A stretch of 64,000 nucleotides of DNA from Clostridia bacterium (GCA_017937065.1 JAGBEI010000009.1:13942-77941); one strand, 5' to 3'. Shown: positions 39,001 to 47,999, numbered from the stretch's first letter. Translations and numbers: made by a program. The notes: a model not told the origin generated them from the letters alone.

Positions 39001-42000
39001 AACATGTTTTATATCGGTACAAACGCGTCCGGCGACCACGCACTTTTTGAGGATACGGTAGCGCCGTTTGTTACCATTGACGGGTTTGTTTGCGCCGATA
39101 ATACACCGAGCTTCGGCAATTTTACGGTAAGCAAAACTGCGCGTAAAGTTGAATTCACTTTAAAGAACAGTTATTTTTACGGCTGCAAGAGCAGCGCCGC
39201 ACTCAATGATAACCTCATTTCCTTTGTCGGTCATAATTCCGATGTTTCAAGCGAGCAGCGCAGTACTTTTGATACAAGGCTGAATGTTGAAAACAACAAA
39301 TTTATTAACTGCGGAAACGAGTCCGAGTATAACGGACAGACGCTGCGCACGGTAATTGAGCTTTACCCGCAGTCATTTAACAGCATTAATTTTGTTTCAA
39401 ACGAATTTGTATCGACACGTGATTTCAATTATCTGTTTGTTACAGCAAAATCCGATACATTTTCCGTAAACCACGGGGATTATTCAGACCGCGTAACCTT
39501 TAAGGACAACAGAGTAATCGGTATAATGGCGACCTTTTTCTTAAACGAGGATACGGTTGTAGACCATTCCGACAACTACTTTGCCACATACACGTCCGAT
39601 TATAAAACGGCGGCAAACGGCGACATACCGTCTGATTATAAGGCGGATGTATATCTTGACTATGCCATGACCGTGAAACGCAGTGATATGGCTCCTGTTG
39701 TCAGCAATATCTGCGGATTTACCGTCGATAATGAAACATTCAGCGCGTACGGTTATGCGTCAAGGGATTTTACTCCGATGCCGGGCGAGGGCTGTGAGCT
39801 TTATGCGGATAAAAACTGCACATCAGAGCTTAAAATAATTGACGTTAATGTCGGTCAGGCAACGACGGCTTACATTAAGGTTACACGCGGTAATATTTCA
39901 AAGGTATACACCCTGTATGTAATGGGGGTTAAAGACCTTGCGGATATTGAATATGCAAAGGTAAGTCCGCAGACTGTCGGGGGCATAGAAAATCCTGCCG
40001 TTTATTATCCGACCCTTTACGGCGCGCCGGACGGCATCACGCTTTACACATACTATGATAATATCTGCTACGGATTTGTGACAGGTGAAAATGTAGTTAC
40101 ATCAACCGCCAATATGGCGCTTTACAGCAATGAGCTGCTGGTGCCCGACGATATTTTTGAAATAAACTTTTCCATTGTTGCCGGTATCAAGCTTCACAGT
40201 AAAAATGCAAATATTTCGGGCGTTGAGGTACGCAAGCTTAAAATTGCCTGTATCGGCGATTCTATAACTCAGGGTGTGGGCGCCGGCTCAACGGCGGACT
40301 ATCCGAGCTATCTGCAAAAGTATCTTGGCAGTGAAGAGTATATTGTACAGAATTTCGGCAAGGGCTCAGCCACCGTTCAAAGCGATGAGCGCGGCTATAT
40401 GGTGTTTGCAAAGCAGCAGCATGAAGAAAGCCTTGCGTTTGAGCCGGATGTTGTAATATGTGCTCTGGGCACAAATGATTCGCGTTATAATATCTGGACG
40501 TCAAACAGCAGCTTTATTGATACTTATATTGATATAATCGACACTTACCGTGCGCTTGACAGCAAGCCGGCAATTTATATTACGACAACACTTCAGCGCG
40601 CAGACGATTTGATGAATAACGAGCGTGTTGAAAAGAACACAATATACCTTGACGAGTACATTGCCAAAATGGTAGGCGGCAGGATAATCGATACCCATGA
40701 TGAAATGCGGCAGTATACAAATGATACAAGCTATTTTGCCGACGCTCTACATCCCACCGCAATCGGATATGAGAAAATGGCAAACTATATCGGCTCTTGT
40801 ATCGCGGCAAACATGAACAGCCTGTCGCAGACGGGAATTACACTTGACGGACTGAATATTACAGGTTCTGTCACATCGGATGCCGTTGAATTTCCGCTTG
40901 CCGTATGCAACGCCGATATTCGTGTCGGCGCTCTCGGCAGGGCAAAAATACTTTGTTCTGAAATAACCGAGCTTATCATTGATAATACAACGCTTTCCGA
41001 CGGATCGACTGTCTCAACGGAGCTTGACCTTGGCAGGTTTATTGATTTCGGCGACGGGTTTACTGTCGAAAATGAATCATCGCTTGTAATCGGCAAATCA
41101 GGTGAATATAAAATTATATCCGCTGACGGTCAGACGGTGCCCTTAATTGTAAATCTTAAACCGGACAGCAGTGTGTTAAAAGAACTTATCAATAAGGCGC
41201 TGGGCTATTCCAACGATGATAACTTATACTGCGCTCAATCTTTCAATAATTTGCTTGACGCCGTTTTCCTGGCGGAGCAGAAGCTTGAAAATGCGTCGCA
41301 GTCTGAGCTGGGAAGCCTTGCGGCAATGCTTCAGTCGGCGATAGACTCGCTCAAAATGCATGATTGGGACGAGGGTAATATTGCAGTGGCGCCTACATGC
41401 AAAAGCGAGGGCGTTATAGTCTATATCTGTAAAAATGACCCGACTGAGATGTCGGTTGAGATAGTTCCGGCAGATCCCGATGCACACGTCTGGGACGACG
41501 GCAGTATAACAAAGCCGCCTTCATGTACGGAAGACGGTGAGATTACTTACATATGTGAAAAAGATGAATCGCATACAAAAACAGATACTGTCGGCGCTCT
41601 CGGACATGACCGGGACGACGGAGAGATAACAAAGAGACCCACATGTACGTCAGAGGGCGAGATAACTTACCGCTGCAAACGCGATGGCTGTGATGTTACT
41701 GAAATCAAGATAATTCCGGCAGACCCCAATGCCCATGAGTGGGGCGAATATGTGTATAACAATGACGCTACTTATGAATCGGACGGGACAGAAACCGCAA
41801 AATGTATACGCTGTGATGTAACTGATACAAGAACAGCTGACGGCACAAGGCTTGAAGAGCCGCCGGAAACTGAAATTATCGACAGCTCAAAGCAGTTCAG
41901 TGATGTTAAGGAGGGCAGATGGTATAAAAAGTATATCGACTATGCGGCGACTTATAAGCTCATGAACGGTATGACGTCTTCAAGGTTTGAGCCTGCTGCA

Positions 42001-42453
42001 ACTCTTACAAGGGCAATGTTTGTGCAGATACTTGCAAATCTCAGCGGTATTGATACGTCAAACCGTGAGGTAAGCACACGGTTTACAGATGTCCCTTCGG
42101 GCAAATGGTTTACTCCGGCTGTCAGCTGGGCGGCGGAAAACGGTATTGTAAACGGAGTCTCGCCGACGGAGTTTATGCCTTCAGAGCCGGTACAGCGGCA
42201 GCAGATTTGCGTAATGATTGTAAGATATGCAGAATATGCAGACATAACCCTTACATCTGACCTTGAAAAGGCGGAGTTTTACGACGATTCAGATATACAG
42301 GACTATGCAAGAGAGGCTGTATACACATGTCAGCGTGCGGGTATTGTAAACGGTATGGACGAACATATATTCGCACCGCGCGGCAATGCAACGCGTGCTC
42401 AGGTTGCAGCAATCGTAACAAGGTTTCATGAAAATTTTGTATCCGCTGAGTAA
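33088..42453 (+). CDS. 3121-aa SLH-anchored surface protein: three SGNH domains, probable beta-helix modules, FIVAR-like and Cys/His repeats
   Basis: Signal peptide; GD(A/S) blocks at 35422, 36127 and 40255; five GxNAF-type repeats; three C-terminal SLH motifs. Confidence 0.85.
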   Translation: MKRLVSWLLCACMIISLLSTTGLSFSFAVSSDETELQNDMPEPIVTGADFESAAQSFYINTGEKTVSAIIKEGTEFSNPTFTVDRENITTSLYYDESCTQPAESVTYEQVSADGMKTYYLLLQGDGIADVKYKVVIISENAQLDFKSTFFDPTGTIKNTAALLLHSGSFAAGQRVTDTFNGMSYVFTVGVNAFSSISEARAANVKQLILTAGDYAGITIDGSVELYGPGYAVNPNVVPDDRTEQWQLSEKFADSAAVAKISGQIVISEAATPESEEGTEIIIKGVSIGSRIMDTYRKASAYKTDITIENCLLSFNSTGFVYRFANGNTDNTDASKPNIDSLTMKNCRYNFVKGDNGQRVFTENSPAHVTLDGLYFDNKFPTLGYPKWKDSVINGSYVVKNCYFGDYLRTPDERGNPKPTIIAPTGHSQYCSAEGRDTHLLFENNIVIDAASDKYNTSDFVFAAIYPDAFTDIIFRDNTFIDKNNYLSTPFVAASNTYAPMNKDYSDRIIFEGNRLIGYTPFITVNDETETLTRGSNNYYAPFTEDYALAQNGTALFGVLEGCDYYLDYAKTTLASQMDMVIDRKLAVVNNATREASLVIGEDEVYYSDIKTSDGLNRYNLYSDAACLQSISALNSEIVGNGTVVYAKTTNANGVSAVYKVYVSVGDVNAAEPVTVGKESIPSPYLFCEETENMPHGTKFTVSWEDTEYVFTAGVNAFASVSQIIAAHGTDSVPNVIMPGGVYNGDVIVTSSVNFYGENGSTVLTSEPDVTSPVKIACVGDAVTEGNGLSENERAEKSYPAQLESILAEKYGDGKYEVRNFGCDGATVNIQSNAESGSYNYWTYIYAVQYYMSLDYNPDVVIVMMGSNDTLGQAYSSPEMYKKQYQSLIDSYTQLPSHPAVVIAGSPAMSSGLRSQLLTETIIPMQKQVAADNGLIYIDTYTKTNEKLTDTSYFTGDLSDDMKCTEKGYGFIADIIAQGIAPMLSSNRSILKNGITVDPSQKTEETRKIKVACIGDSLTYGDKSDKGYPVFLQQMLDGGYEVRNFGECGAVACDMSTYNYSGGGTSWVYQETLRYKYSMEWKPDIVILMLGVNDAGAHLTNFHSVNWDGGAGSSAAAEFEKDYKALVERYQGSGAQVYCVNCPSGKIEADRDATSVKISCVNPIIERVAGQTGCNLIDIYSETKNWEDSIYTDTVHFNSDGYKKTADFIFSKIFSDFSDSYNDKYGEISKNAVILDAESDGALATGTKVKYSWEGSTYTFTWGVNAFRSIDDIIVYANENGIFDIQVLIPENNLKTEDNKYFFITADVTNIKSIEVYGQNRLIDPNDKSASYSDASADWTLSPQWDKYSVSGGTSSVGSVIISSKNLAGRLEFKGITMRDIFYDRSRTAGTAEDPRNLSVVFENSIADFTALSNYAGFLFDCKSPRAANTGSDYGYNDFLTVKNFRVEHYFYKSASNNRIVNTGNMNNMIFDGFYFNEDNNLYPGNNVRFALSQFGYVASTAASAQTGSVIFSGCNFRNAESLRLTINGYTDNAADKGVTEKVVFDNNIVYNCSKAAMGVNFQPSYITSLSICGNIFINTVSAQPVVGSTTASNDVDYVEKIGYTARDNTFVLSDITSTRYLKFGTGTTADSTGTYLAEASDNYTEAIMGVEPNFGKADYYYVDFARNVKNTDFALTSAYFGDKIENVEINGDTVSANGTNGQVVDTLEFACVNPLISADVYADEQCTEKLDKLTLSERDSADIYYIKLSYKDYSGAVFKLKFNLGEAKSFAEAYEDKNGIIKNTAVLYAPGASGKNAGDKLNAVWNDIQYVFVYGENAFATLEEIRDKFGAAPVQIILPAGSYGRLDIYGSWSIFGESFAVNPNGRGDQNLDSSWSEYGETIIDNADVVIDASATPGTEGGTDILISGVRLTGRFVDTNRNESAYATNITLKNIVYDRCFLTGGEREFNLQNANSMSSSDTAVNSDSFNIENMFYIGTNASGDHALFEDTVAPFVTIDGFVCADNTPSFGNFTVSKTARKVEFTLKNSYFYGCKSSAALNDNLISFVGHNSDVSSEQRSTFDTRLNVENNKFINCGNESEYNGQTLRTVIELYPQSFNSINFVSNEFVSTRDFNYLFVTAKSDTFSVNHGDYSDRVTFKDNRVIGIMATFFLNEDTVVDHSDNYFATYTSDYKTAANGDIPSDYKADVYLDYAMTVKRSDMAPVVSNICGFTVDNETFSAYGYASRDFTPMPGEGCELYADKNCTSELKIIDVNVGQATTAYIKVTRGNISKVYTLYVMGVKDLADIEYAKVSPQTVGGIENPAVYYPTLYGAPDGITLYTYYDNICYGFVTGENVVTSTANMALYSNELLVPDDIFEINFSIVAGIKLHSKNANISGVEVRKLKIACIGDSITQGVGAGSTADYPSYLQKYLGSEEYIVQNFGKGSATVQSDERGYMVFAKQQHEESLAFEPDVVICALGTNDSRYNIWTSNSSFIDTYIDIIDTYRALDSKPAIYITTTLQRADDLMNNERVEKNTIYLDEYIAKMVGGRIIDTHDEMRQYTNDTSYFADALHPTAIGYEKMANYIGSCIAANMNSLSQTGITLDGLNITGSVTSDAVEFPLAVCNADIRVGALGRAKILCSEITELIIDNTTLSDGSTVSTELDLGRFIDFGDGFTVENESSLVIGKSGEYKIISADGQTVPLIVNLKPDSSVLKELINKALGYSNDDNLYCAQSFNNLLDAVFLAEQKLENASQSELGSLAAMLQSAIDSLKMHDWDEGNIAVAPTCKSEGVIVYICKNDPTEMSVEIVPADPDAHVWDDGSITKPPSCTEDGEITYICEKDESHTKTDTVGALGHDRDDGEITKRPTCTSEGEITYRCKRDGCDVTEIKIIPADPNAHEWGEYVYNNDATYESDGTETAKCIRCDVTDTRTADGTRLEEPPETEIIDSSKQFSDVKEGRWYKKYIDYAATYKLMNGMTSSRFEPAATLTRAMFVQILANLSGIDTSNREVSTRFTDVPSGKWFTPAVSWAAENGIVNGVSPTEFMPSEPVQRQQICVMIVRYAEYADITLTSDLEKAEFYDDSDIQDYAREAVYTCQRAGIVNGMDEHIFAPRGNATRAQVAAIVTRFHENFVSAE
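41359..41850 (+). repeat. Four H.W..G....PTC...G...Y.C Cys/His protein repeats in the giant protein
   Basis: HDWDEG, HVWDDG, HDRDDG, HEWGEY units. Confidence 0.7.
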
Positions 42454-42476
42454 TATTTAATATATAAACAAGCGTA

Positions 42477-42505
42477 AAAAGGACCGGGCTTTTCCGATCC
42501 TTTTT
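42477..42505 (+). terminator. Hairpin/terminator after the giant gene
   Basis: AAAAGGACCGG...CCGATCCTTTTT. Confidence 0.6.
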
Positions 42506-42558
42506 ATGCGCGTTGCGGAGGCTATAAATTTTAATTAAAATAACAGAGAGGTCAATAA

Positions 42559-44853
42559 ATGGAAAAACTGTTTTATTTGCAGCCCGCAAAAAAATTCGAC
42601 GAGGCTTTGCCGCTCGGAAACGGGCACATCGGCGCCATGCTGTACGGAGGGGTGACGGAGGACGTATATTCTCTCAATGATGACACGCTGTGGTCAGGCT
42701 ATCCCAGGGACAGAATTAATCCTATGGCGTCGTCGTATATGGATGAGGTGAAAAAGCTTGTATTTGAAGATAAGCTCATGCAGGCGCAAAACCTTGCCGA
42801 GCAGCACATGTACGGCAGCTGGGGGCAGAGCTACATGCCTGCGGGAAGGCTTACCGTTTCAACAGGGCACGGCGAATTTTCCGATTATAAAAGAACACTG
42901 TCACTTGATGAGGCAGTGCATACGGTGGAATACAGCACGCGGGAGCTTTTTTATAAAAGAGAGGCGTTTATAAGCTTCCCCGATGACGTAATGTGTATAC
43001 GTTACAGCAGTGACAGTGCGGATTTATCGCTGCAAATAGGTCTTGACAGCAAATTAAAATTTGATACCTTCTGTGAAAACGATATGCTGTTTTTGGAGGG
43101 TGAGGCGCCCGGAGACGGCGTGCCGAGTTATATAAAATCAAAGGAAAAAGCGCGTTACAGCGATATCCCGGCTCTGCGCGCAATGACGTATACGATTGCT
43201 GCAGAGGTTAGGGTGCAGGGCGGCAAAACAGTCTGCCGTGACAATAAAATTTTTGTCAGCAACGCCCGTGCTGTCGAAATTTATGTTACAGTCCGTACAA
43301 GCTTTTCGGGATATAACAGGCATCCGTATCTGGAGGGGATTAATCATAGGGAAAAATGCCTTGACGTAATGAAAAATATCCGCGGCATGTCGTTTGACGA
43401 AATTAAAAGGCGGCATACCGACGATTACGGTAAATTGTATAATCGGCTTGAGCTGAATTTGGGCGACGGATTTGACAATGTGCCGAGTGACCGAAGATTA
43501 AACGGTTTCAGTCAGAACAAAAACGATTTATCGCTTTATAAATTAATGTACCAGTACGGACGCTATCTTCTGATAAGCTGTTCGCGTCCCGGAACGCAGC
43601 CGGCGAATTTGCAGGGGATATGGAATGAAGAGCCGGCAGCCGCGTGGAGCTGTAACTATACAACGAATATAAATGTGCAGATGAATTACTGGGGCGCTCT
43701 CGGTGCTAATTTGGCTGAATGCTGTCAGCCGCTTCATCAAATGATTTATGAGCTGAAGGAAAGCGGAACGCAGACGGCAAGGGAGCATTACTCGGCAAGC
43801 GGCTTTTGCGCTCATCACAACGTTGACCTGTGGCGTATTTCAACGCCTATGGGAGCTTGGGGACGCAATACGACCAAATATGCTTATTTCCCACTTGCGG
43901 GCGCGTGGCTTACGCGCCATCTGTTTGAATATTATTCATATACTCTTGATAAGGAGTTTTTGGGCGGCAGCGCTTATGATGCAATCAAGGCGTCTGCACA
44001 GTTCTGCGACGACATGCTTGTTGAGGATGAAAGCGGAAAGCTGATATTCAGTCCTGCAACATCGTCTGAAAACATGTTTGTCCATAACGGTGAAAAATGT
44101 TCACTGAGCAAATCCTCTGCGATGTTTCAGTCTATTGTCAGAGACGCCTTTGAAATCTTTATAAAATGCTCCGAAATTCTTGAAAGGGACACCGAATATG
44201 CGGATTACATTTCAAAACGTCTTGAACGGACGGCGTGGCTTGAATTAGGCTCTAAGGGGCAGATTTTGGAGTGGGACAGAGAGTATGAGGAGGCTGACCC
44301 TCATCACCGGCATTTGTCTTTCCTCTATGCGCTGTATCCCGCGAAAATGATACACACAAAACAGCTGGCGCAGGCATGCAGACGCTCTCTTGAGCTGCGC
44401 GGCGATGCGGGCACGGGCTGGAGCTGCGCCTGGAAAATATGTATGTGGGCGATGCTCGGTGACGGTAACCGCGCGCTGTCCCTGCTGAACCGTCTTATGA
44501 GCCCGGTAGATGAAAGACCGGAAAATTACAATTACAGAGGGGGTACCTATCCCAACTTATTGAATGCATGTCCTCCGCTTCAGATTGACGGCAGTCTGGG
44601 GCTTGTGGCGGGTATAAACGAGATGCTTGCCCGGTGTGATAATGACAGGCTCGTTTTGCTGCCCGCTTTGCCCGATATGTGGAGCACGGGATCTGTCAGG
44701 GGGCTTAAAGTCAGCGGAGGGTATACCGTCGATATGACATGGAAAGACGGAAATCTTACAGCAGTTCATATTGATTCGGTCACAGGAAAAATGCCCGAAA
44801 TTATTTATGAAGGAAGAAACTTAGACTATGACAAATTTATCGGACAGCAGTGA
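42559..44853 (+). CDS. GH95 alpha-L-fucosidase, cytoplasmic
   Basis: ALPLGNG, YGRYLLIS.SR, NLQGIWN, YTTNINVQMNYW, QIDG; no signal peptide. Confidence 0.92.
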   Translation: MEKLFYLQPAKKFDEALPLGNGHIGAMLYGGVTEDVYSLNDDTLWSGYPRDRINPMASSYMDEVKKLVFEDKLMQAQNLAEQHMYGSWGQSYMPAGRLTVSTGHGEFSDYKRTLSLDEAVHTVEYSTRELFYKREAFISFPDDVMCIRYSSDSADLSLQIGLDSKLKFDTFCENDMLFLEGEAPGDGVPSYIKSKEKARYSDIPALRAMTYTIAAEVRVQGGKTVCRDNKIFVSNARAVEIYVTVRTSFSGYNRHPYLEGINHREKCLDVMKNIRGMSFDEIKRRHTDDYGKLYNRLELNLGDGFDNVPSDRRLNGFSQNKNDLSLYKLMYQYGRYLLISCSRPGTQPANLQGIWNEEPAAAWSCNYTTNINVQMNYWGALGANLAECCQPLHQMIYELKESGTQTAREHYSASGFCAHHNVDLWRISTPMGAWGRNTTKYAYFPLAGAWLTRHLFEYYSYTLDKEFLGGSAYDAIKASAQFCDDMLVEDESGKLIFSPATSSENMFVHNGEKCSLSKSSAMFQSIVRDAFEIFIKCSEILERDTEYADYISKRLERTAWLELGSKGQILEWDREYEEADPHHRHLSFLYALYPAKMIHTKQLAQACRRSLELRGDAGTGWSCAWKICMWAMLGDGNRALSLLNRLMSPVDERPENYNYRGGTYPNLLNACPPLQIDGSLGLVAGINEMLARCDNDRLVLLPALPDMWSTGSVRGLKVSGGYTVDMTWKDGNLTAVHIDSVTGKMPEIIYEGRNLDYDKFIGQQ

Positions 44854-46561
44854 TAATATTTATCGAATATGCAAAGGCAAAGCGGACGCGGACACGGAGC
44901 TGTTTCTTGAAAACCTCACTGACAGTACAATAATGCCGGGCGAGGTCTGCGTTGCGTCTTTTACCAATACATATAACGGCGGCAGCAAAATATACGGAGA
45001 GGGCTTTACAATGCTCAGTCAGTATGCGGGGACATTGGACGAACCGAGGTGTATGACAAAATACGATGATTTCCGTCATTATAAATTAAATAAAAATGAC
45101 GGATATAACGCGGTTTACAATCTGTTGGTTGTTGAAAACAATGATAATGCCGATATCTATGCCTTTTCATCGTGCAGGCGTTTTTCCGGGAGGATTGAGT
45201 GGAACAGCGATGAGATAAAGATGATACTCAATCTGGAAAATATATGTGTAAAGCCTCATGAGCGCGTGCGTCTTGAAAATATTCTTGTTTTGAATGATGT
45301 TGACGGCAGTGCAGGCATGAATTTGCTGTCGGACTGTCTTGTGAAAAACCATAGCGTACCGCAGCCGTCGTCTGATATCACGGGGTGGTGCTCATGGCTG
45401 TGCTTCGGTCCCGATGTTACGGCAGATGATATAGACGCCAACATTCTTGCCATAAACCGACATATACCGGAGCTTAAATATATCCAGATTGACGACGGTT
45501 TTCAGGCGCATATGGGCGATTGGCTTACGGTCTCAGAGGCTTTCGGGAGCATGGAGGACACACTTGAGAGCATCAGAAAACGGGGAGCGGAGCCTGCAAT
45601 TTGGGCAGCACCCTTTATAGCTGACAGGGACTCTGCGCTTTTGGCAGAGCATCCCGAATATTTCGTGCGTGACAGCGACGGCAGACCTCTTGCCTCTGAT
45701 AAGTTTACCTTCGGCGGCTGGAGGTGCGCGCCGTGGTATATTCTTGACGGCTCAAACCCCAGGGCTTGCGCATATCTTGAATATGTATTCCGTACAATGC
45801 GTGAAAAATGGGGGATAAAGTACTTTAAGCTCGACGCCAACTGCTGGGGTGCGTTTTCTGCCGGGGTAAGATACAATAAAAGCTGTACATCGGTTGAGTC
45901 CTACCGTCTCGGAATGGAGGCGATAAGGCGCGGGGCGGGAGATGATGCGGTTATTCTCGGATGCAACGCGCCGATGTGGCAGTCGGTGGGCGTTGTAAAT
46001 TCAATGCGTGTGTCGGGCGATATGTGCCGGCAGTGGAAAGCTGTCAGAATGCTCGGACAGGAGATTTGCGCCAGGACATGGACGAATAGGCTTTGGTGCG
46101 TAGACCCGGATGTTATAACCCTCAAAAATCAGACGATTGCCCAGCTGATGCCTGACGGAACAAAATCCGAATGTCTAAAGGACGGACTGACGGAAAATGA
46201 AATTGAGTATCATAAATGTGCCGTTTTCGCCGCAGGCGGATTTATTCTTGCGGGTGATGACCTCAGCAGATATGATAAAGCGGATTTTGATACGCTCAAA
46301 ATTTTTCTTGACGAAAAGCATACGCCGGCGGTATTCAGCCCTCTTGATTTTTCCGTGGGCTACATGAACGGTGACGGATGCAGCTATGCGGTGGCGCTGA
46401 ATCCGAACGACAGTCAGCGCACCGAAATTGTCAGATGCGCACGGAAGGCTTGCGCGTATGATGTGTTTGCAAAACACAGTATGGGAGAGTGCAGTGACAG
46501 CATTGAAATTACAATACAGCCGCACAGCGCAAGACTTATAAAATTTATTTCAGGGGAATAA
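44828..46561 (+). CDS. GH36-like alpha-galactosidase
   Basis: GWCSW, QIDDG, YFKLD nucleophile, RVSGD acid/base, DPD. Confidence 0.85.
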   Translation: MTNLSDSSDNIYRICKGKADADTELFLENLTDSTIMPGEVCVASFTNTYNGGSKIYGEGFTMLSQYAGTLDEPRCMTKYDDFRHYKLNKNDGYNAVYNLLVVENNDNADIYAFSSCRRFSGRIEWNSDEIKMILNLENICVKPHERVRLENILVLNDVDGSAGMNLLSDCLVKNHSVPQPSSDITGWCSWLCFGPDVTADDIDANILAINRHIPELKYIQIDDGFQAHMGDWLTVSEAFGSMEDTLESIRKRGAEPAIWAAPFIADRDSALLAEHPEYFVRDSDGRPLASDKFTFGGWRCAPWYILDGSNPRACAYLEYVFRTMREKWGIKYFKLDANCWGAFSAGVRYNKSCTSVESYRLGMEAIRRGAGDDAVILGCNAPMWQSVGVVNSMRVSGDMCRQWKAVRMLGQEICARTWTNRLWCVDPDVITLKNQTIAQLMPDGTKSECLKDGLTENEIEYHKCAVFAAGGFILAGDDLSRYDKADFDTLKIFLDEKHTPAVFSPLDFSVGYMNGDGCSYAVALNPNDSQRTEIVRCARKACAYDVFAKHSMGECSDSIEITIQPHSARLIKFISGE

Positions 46562-46564
46562 GCT

Positions 46565-47164
46565 ATGATAAGAAATATTGTATTTGATATGGGAAATGTA
46601 CTGGTGCGGTACAATACGGATTTTTATCTGCGCGGCTATTCCGAAGATGAAAAAACACTTCTGAACAGGCAGATATACCTGTCGGTTGACTGGCTGCGGC
46701 TGGACCGCGGAGAGCTTACAGAGGCGGAGCTTATATCAAAGATTAAAAAAAGCCTTCCCGATGCTCTTTGCGGTGATGCTCAAAGACTGGTTAAATGGTA
46801 TGAGCAGTCCGAGCCGATTGACGGAATGGAAAAGCTCATAAGGGATTTACATGAATACGGATATAAGATATATCTTTTGTCCAATACCAGCCTTGAGTTT
46901 CACAGTTTTCGTGAAAAAATTCCGGCTCTGAAATATTTTGACGGCGAGTTTATTTCAGCAGACTGCGGATTGCTCAAGCCCGATGAGAGGATATATCGTA
47001 TGTTTTGTGAACATTTTTCTCTCACTCCGAATGAATGTGTGTTTATTGACGATTCACCTGCAAATATTGAAAGTGCGGCGCGGGTCGGTTTAAACGGAAT
47101 TGTATTTTATTCAGATGTCGCGCTGCTGCGGGAGCAATTAATTGAAAAGTGTATTTTGCCGTAA
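46565..47164 (+). CDS. HAD-family phosphatase
   Basis: FDMGNVL, LSNT, KP, FIDD. Confidence 0.9.
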   Translation: MIRNIVFDMGNVLVRYNTDFYLRGYSEDEKTLLNRQIYLSVDWLRLDRGELTEAELISKIKKSLPDALCGDAQRLVKWYEQSEPIDGMEKLIRDLHEYGYKIYLLSNTSLEFHSFREKIPALKYFDGEFISADCGLLKPDERIYRMFCEHFSLTPNECVFIDDSPANIESAARVGLNGIVFYSDVALLREQLIEKCILP

Positions 47165-47166
47165 CA

Positions 47167-47210
47167 AAAAGCACAACACGGATGCATAAAACATCTGTGT
47201 TGTGCTTTTG
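47167..47210. terminator. Bidirectional terminator
   Basis: AAAAGCACAACACGGATG...CATCTGTGTTGTGCTTTT. Confidence 0.8.
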
Positions 47211-47227
47211 TTTAACGGATAAAAGGC

Positions 47228-47631
47228 TTACAGTGATATCCTTGCGGCAAAACCGCCGAAGAGACAAATCATAGCAATATTTATCCTTTTCGATTTTACC
47301 GCTGAAATGCCGCAATTTTTCAGATATTTTAAAATGTTTTTAAAGGCTTTTTTCCCCAAACCTTTATTTTGAAACCTGTAATCAATCATATATCGGCATA
47401 TTGTCGCTGTCTGCGGCTCTGAATCAGTACGCTTATACATAAAAACCCGATTAATCTTTTATCATTATAAATAGCCTTCGGATACATTTCGGGAAAATAC
47501 TTTGCCTCTGCAATGGAGATTGCATTGCAGCAAAAATACTTCTCCATAATTGTGCCGATTCCGTTTTTGTTTGTGGTTAATTCACATACTTCAAAAATAT
47601 TTTGCGTGTCGATTCCTTTTATGTAAATCAT
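47228..47631 (-). pseudogene. Frameshifted GNAT acetyltransferase (spermidine acetyltransferase-like)
   Basis: N-half ends ...KRLIGF; C-half RYMIDYRFQNKGLGK is in another frame; shift lies in a T5 run near 47441-47445. Confidence 0.75.
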
Positions 47632-47714
47632 TTTTAATTTCTGTTTTTTCCAGTGCTGTTTGGTGCGGGTGTCGTGCTGCGGCATTAAGAGTGTAAAAAA
47701 CGTGTATAGAAATA

Positions 47715-47744
47715 TAAAATCCTTAGCAATAGCTAAGGATTTTA
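47715..47744 (-). terminator. tRNA operon terminator
   Basis: TAAAATCCTTAGC-AATA-GCTAAGGATTTTA. Confidence 0.75.
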
Positions 47745-47750
47745 ATAATT

Positions 47751-47826
47751 TGGTCGGAGTGACAAGACTTGAACTTGCGGCCCCTAGACCCCCAGTCTAG
47801 TGCGCTACCAACTGCGCCACACCCCG
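47751..47826 (-). tRNA. tRNA-Pro(GGG)
   Basis: Cloverleaf; anticodon arm CTAGA-CTGGGGG-TCTAG; CCA end. Confidence 0.95.
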
Positions 47827-47841
47827 AAATGTGTTTAATAT

Positions 47842-47870
47842 ATTATACATACATTGACCTTGCAAGTCAA
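47842..47870 (-). promoter_or_regulatory. Internal sigmaA promoter for tRNA-Pro
   Basis: TTGACT-17 bp-TATAAT. Confidence 0.7.
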
Positions 47871-47887
47871 TATACAATGAAAAATAA

Positions 47888-47964
47888 TGGTGAAGACGAG
47901 TGGACTTGAACCACCGACCCCCTGCATGTCAAGCAGGTACTCTAACCAGCTGAGCTACGCCTTC
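47888..47964 (-). tRNA. tRNA-Val(GAC)
   Basis: CCTGC-TTGACAT-GCAGG; CCA end. Confidence 0.95.
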
Positions 47965-47999
47965 ATAGAAAGCACCGTTATCCGCCGTTTCATAAAATT

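Noticed and set aside
31634-47750. Glycan locus as a tRNA-Pro-anchored genomic island
   Set aside because: No integrase and no duplicated tRNA 3' end found by eye.
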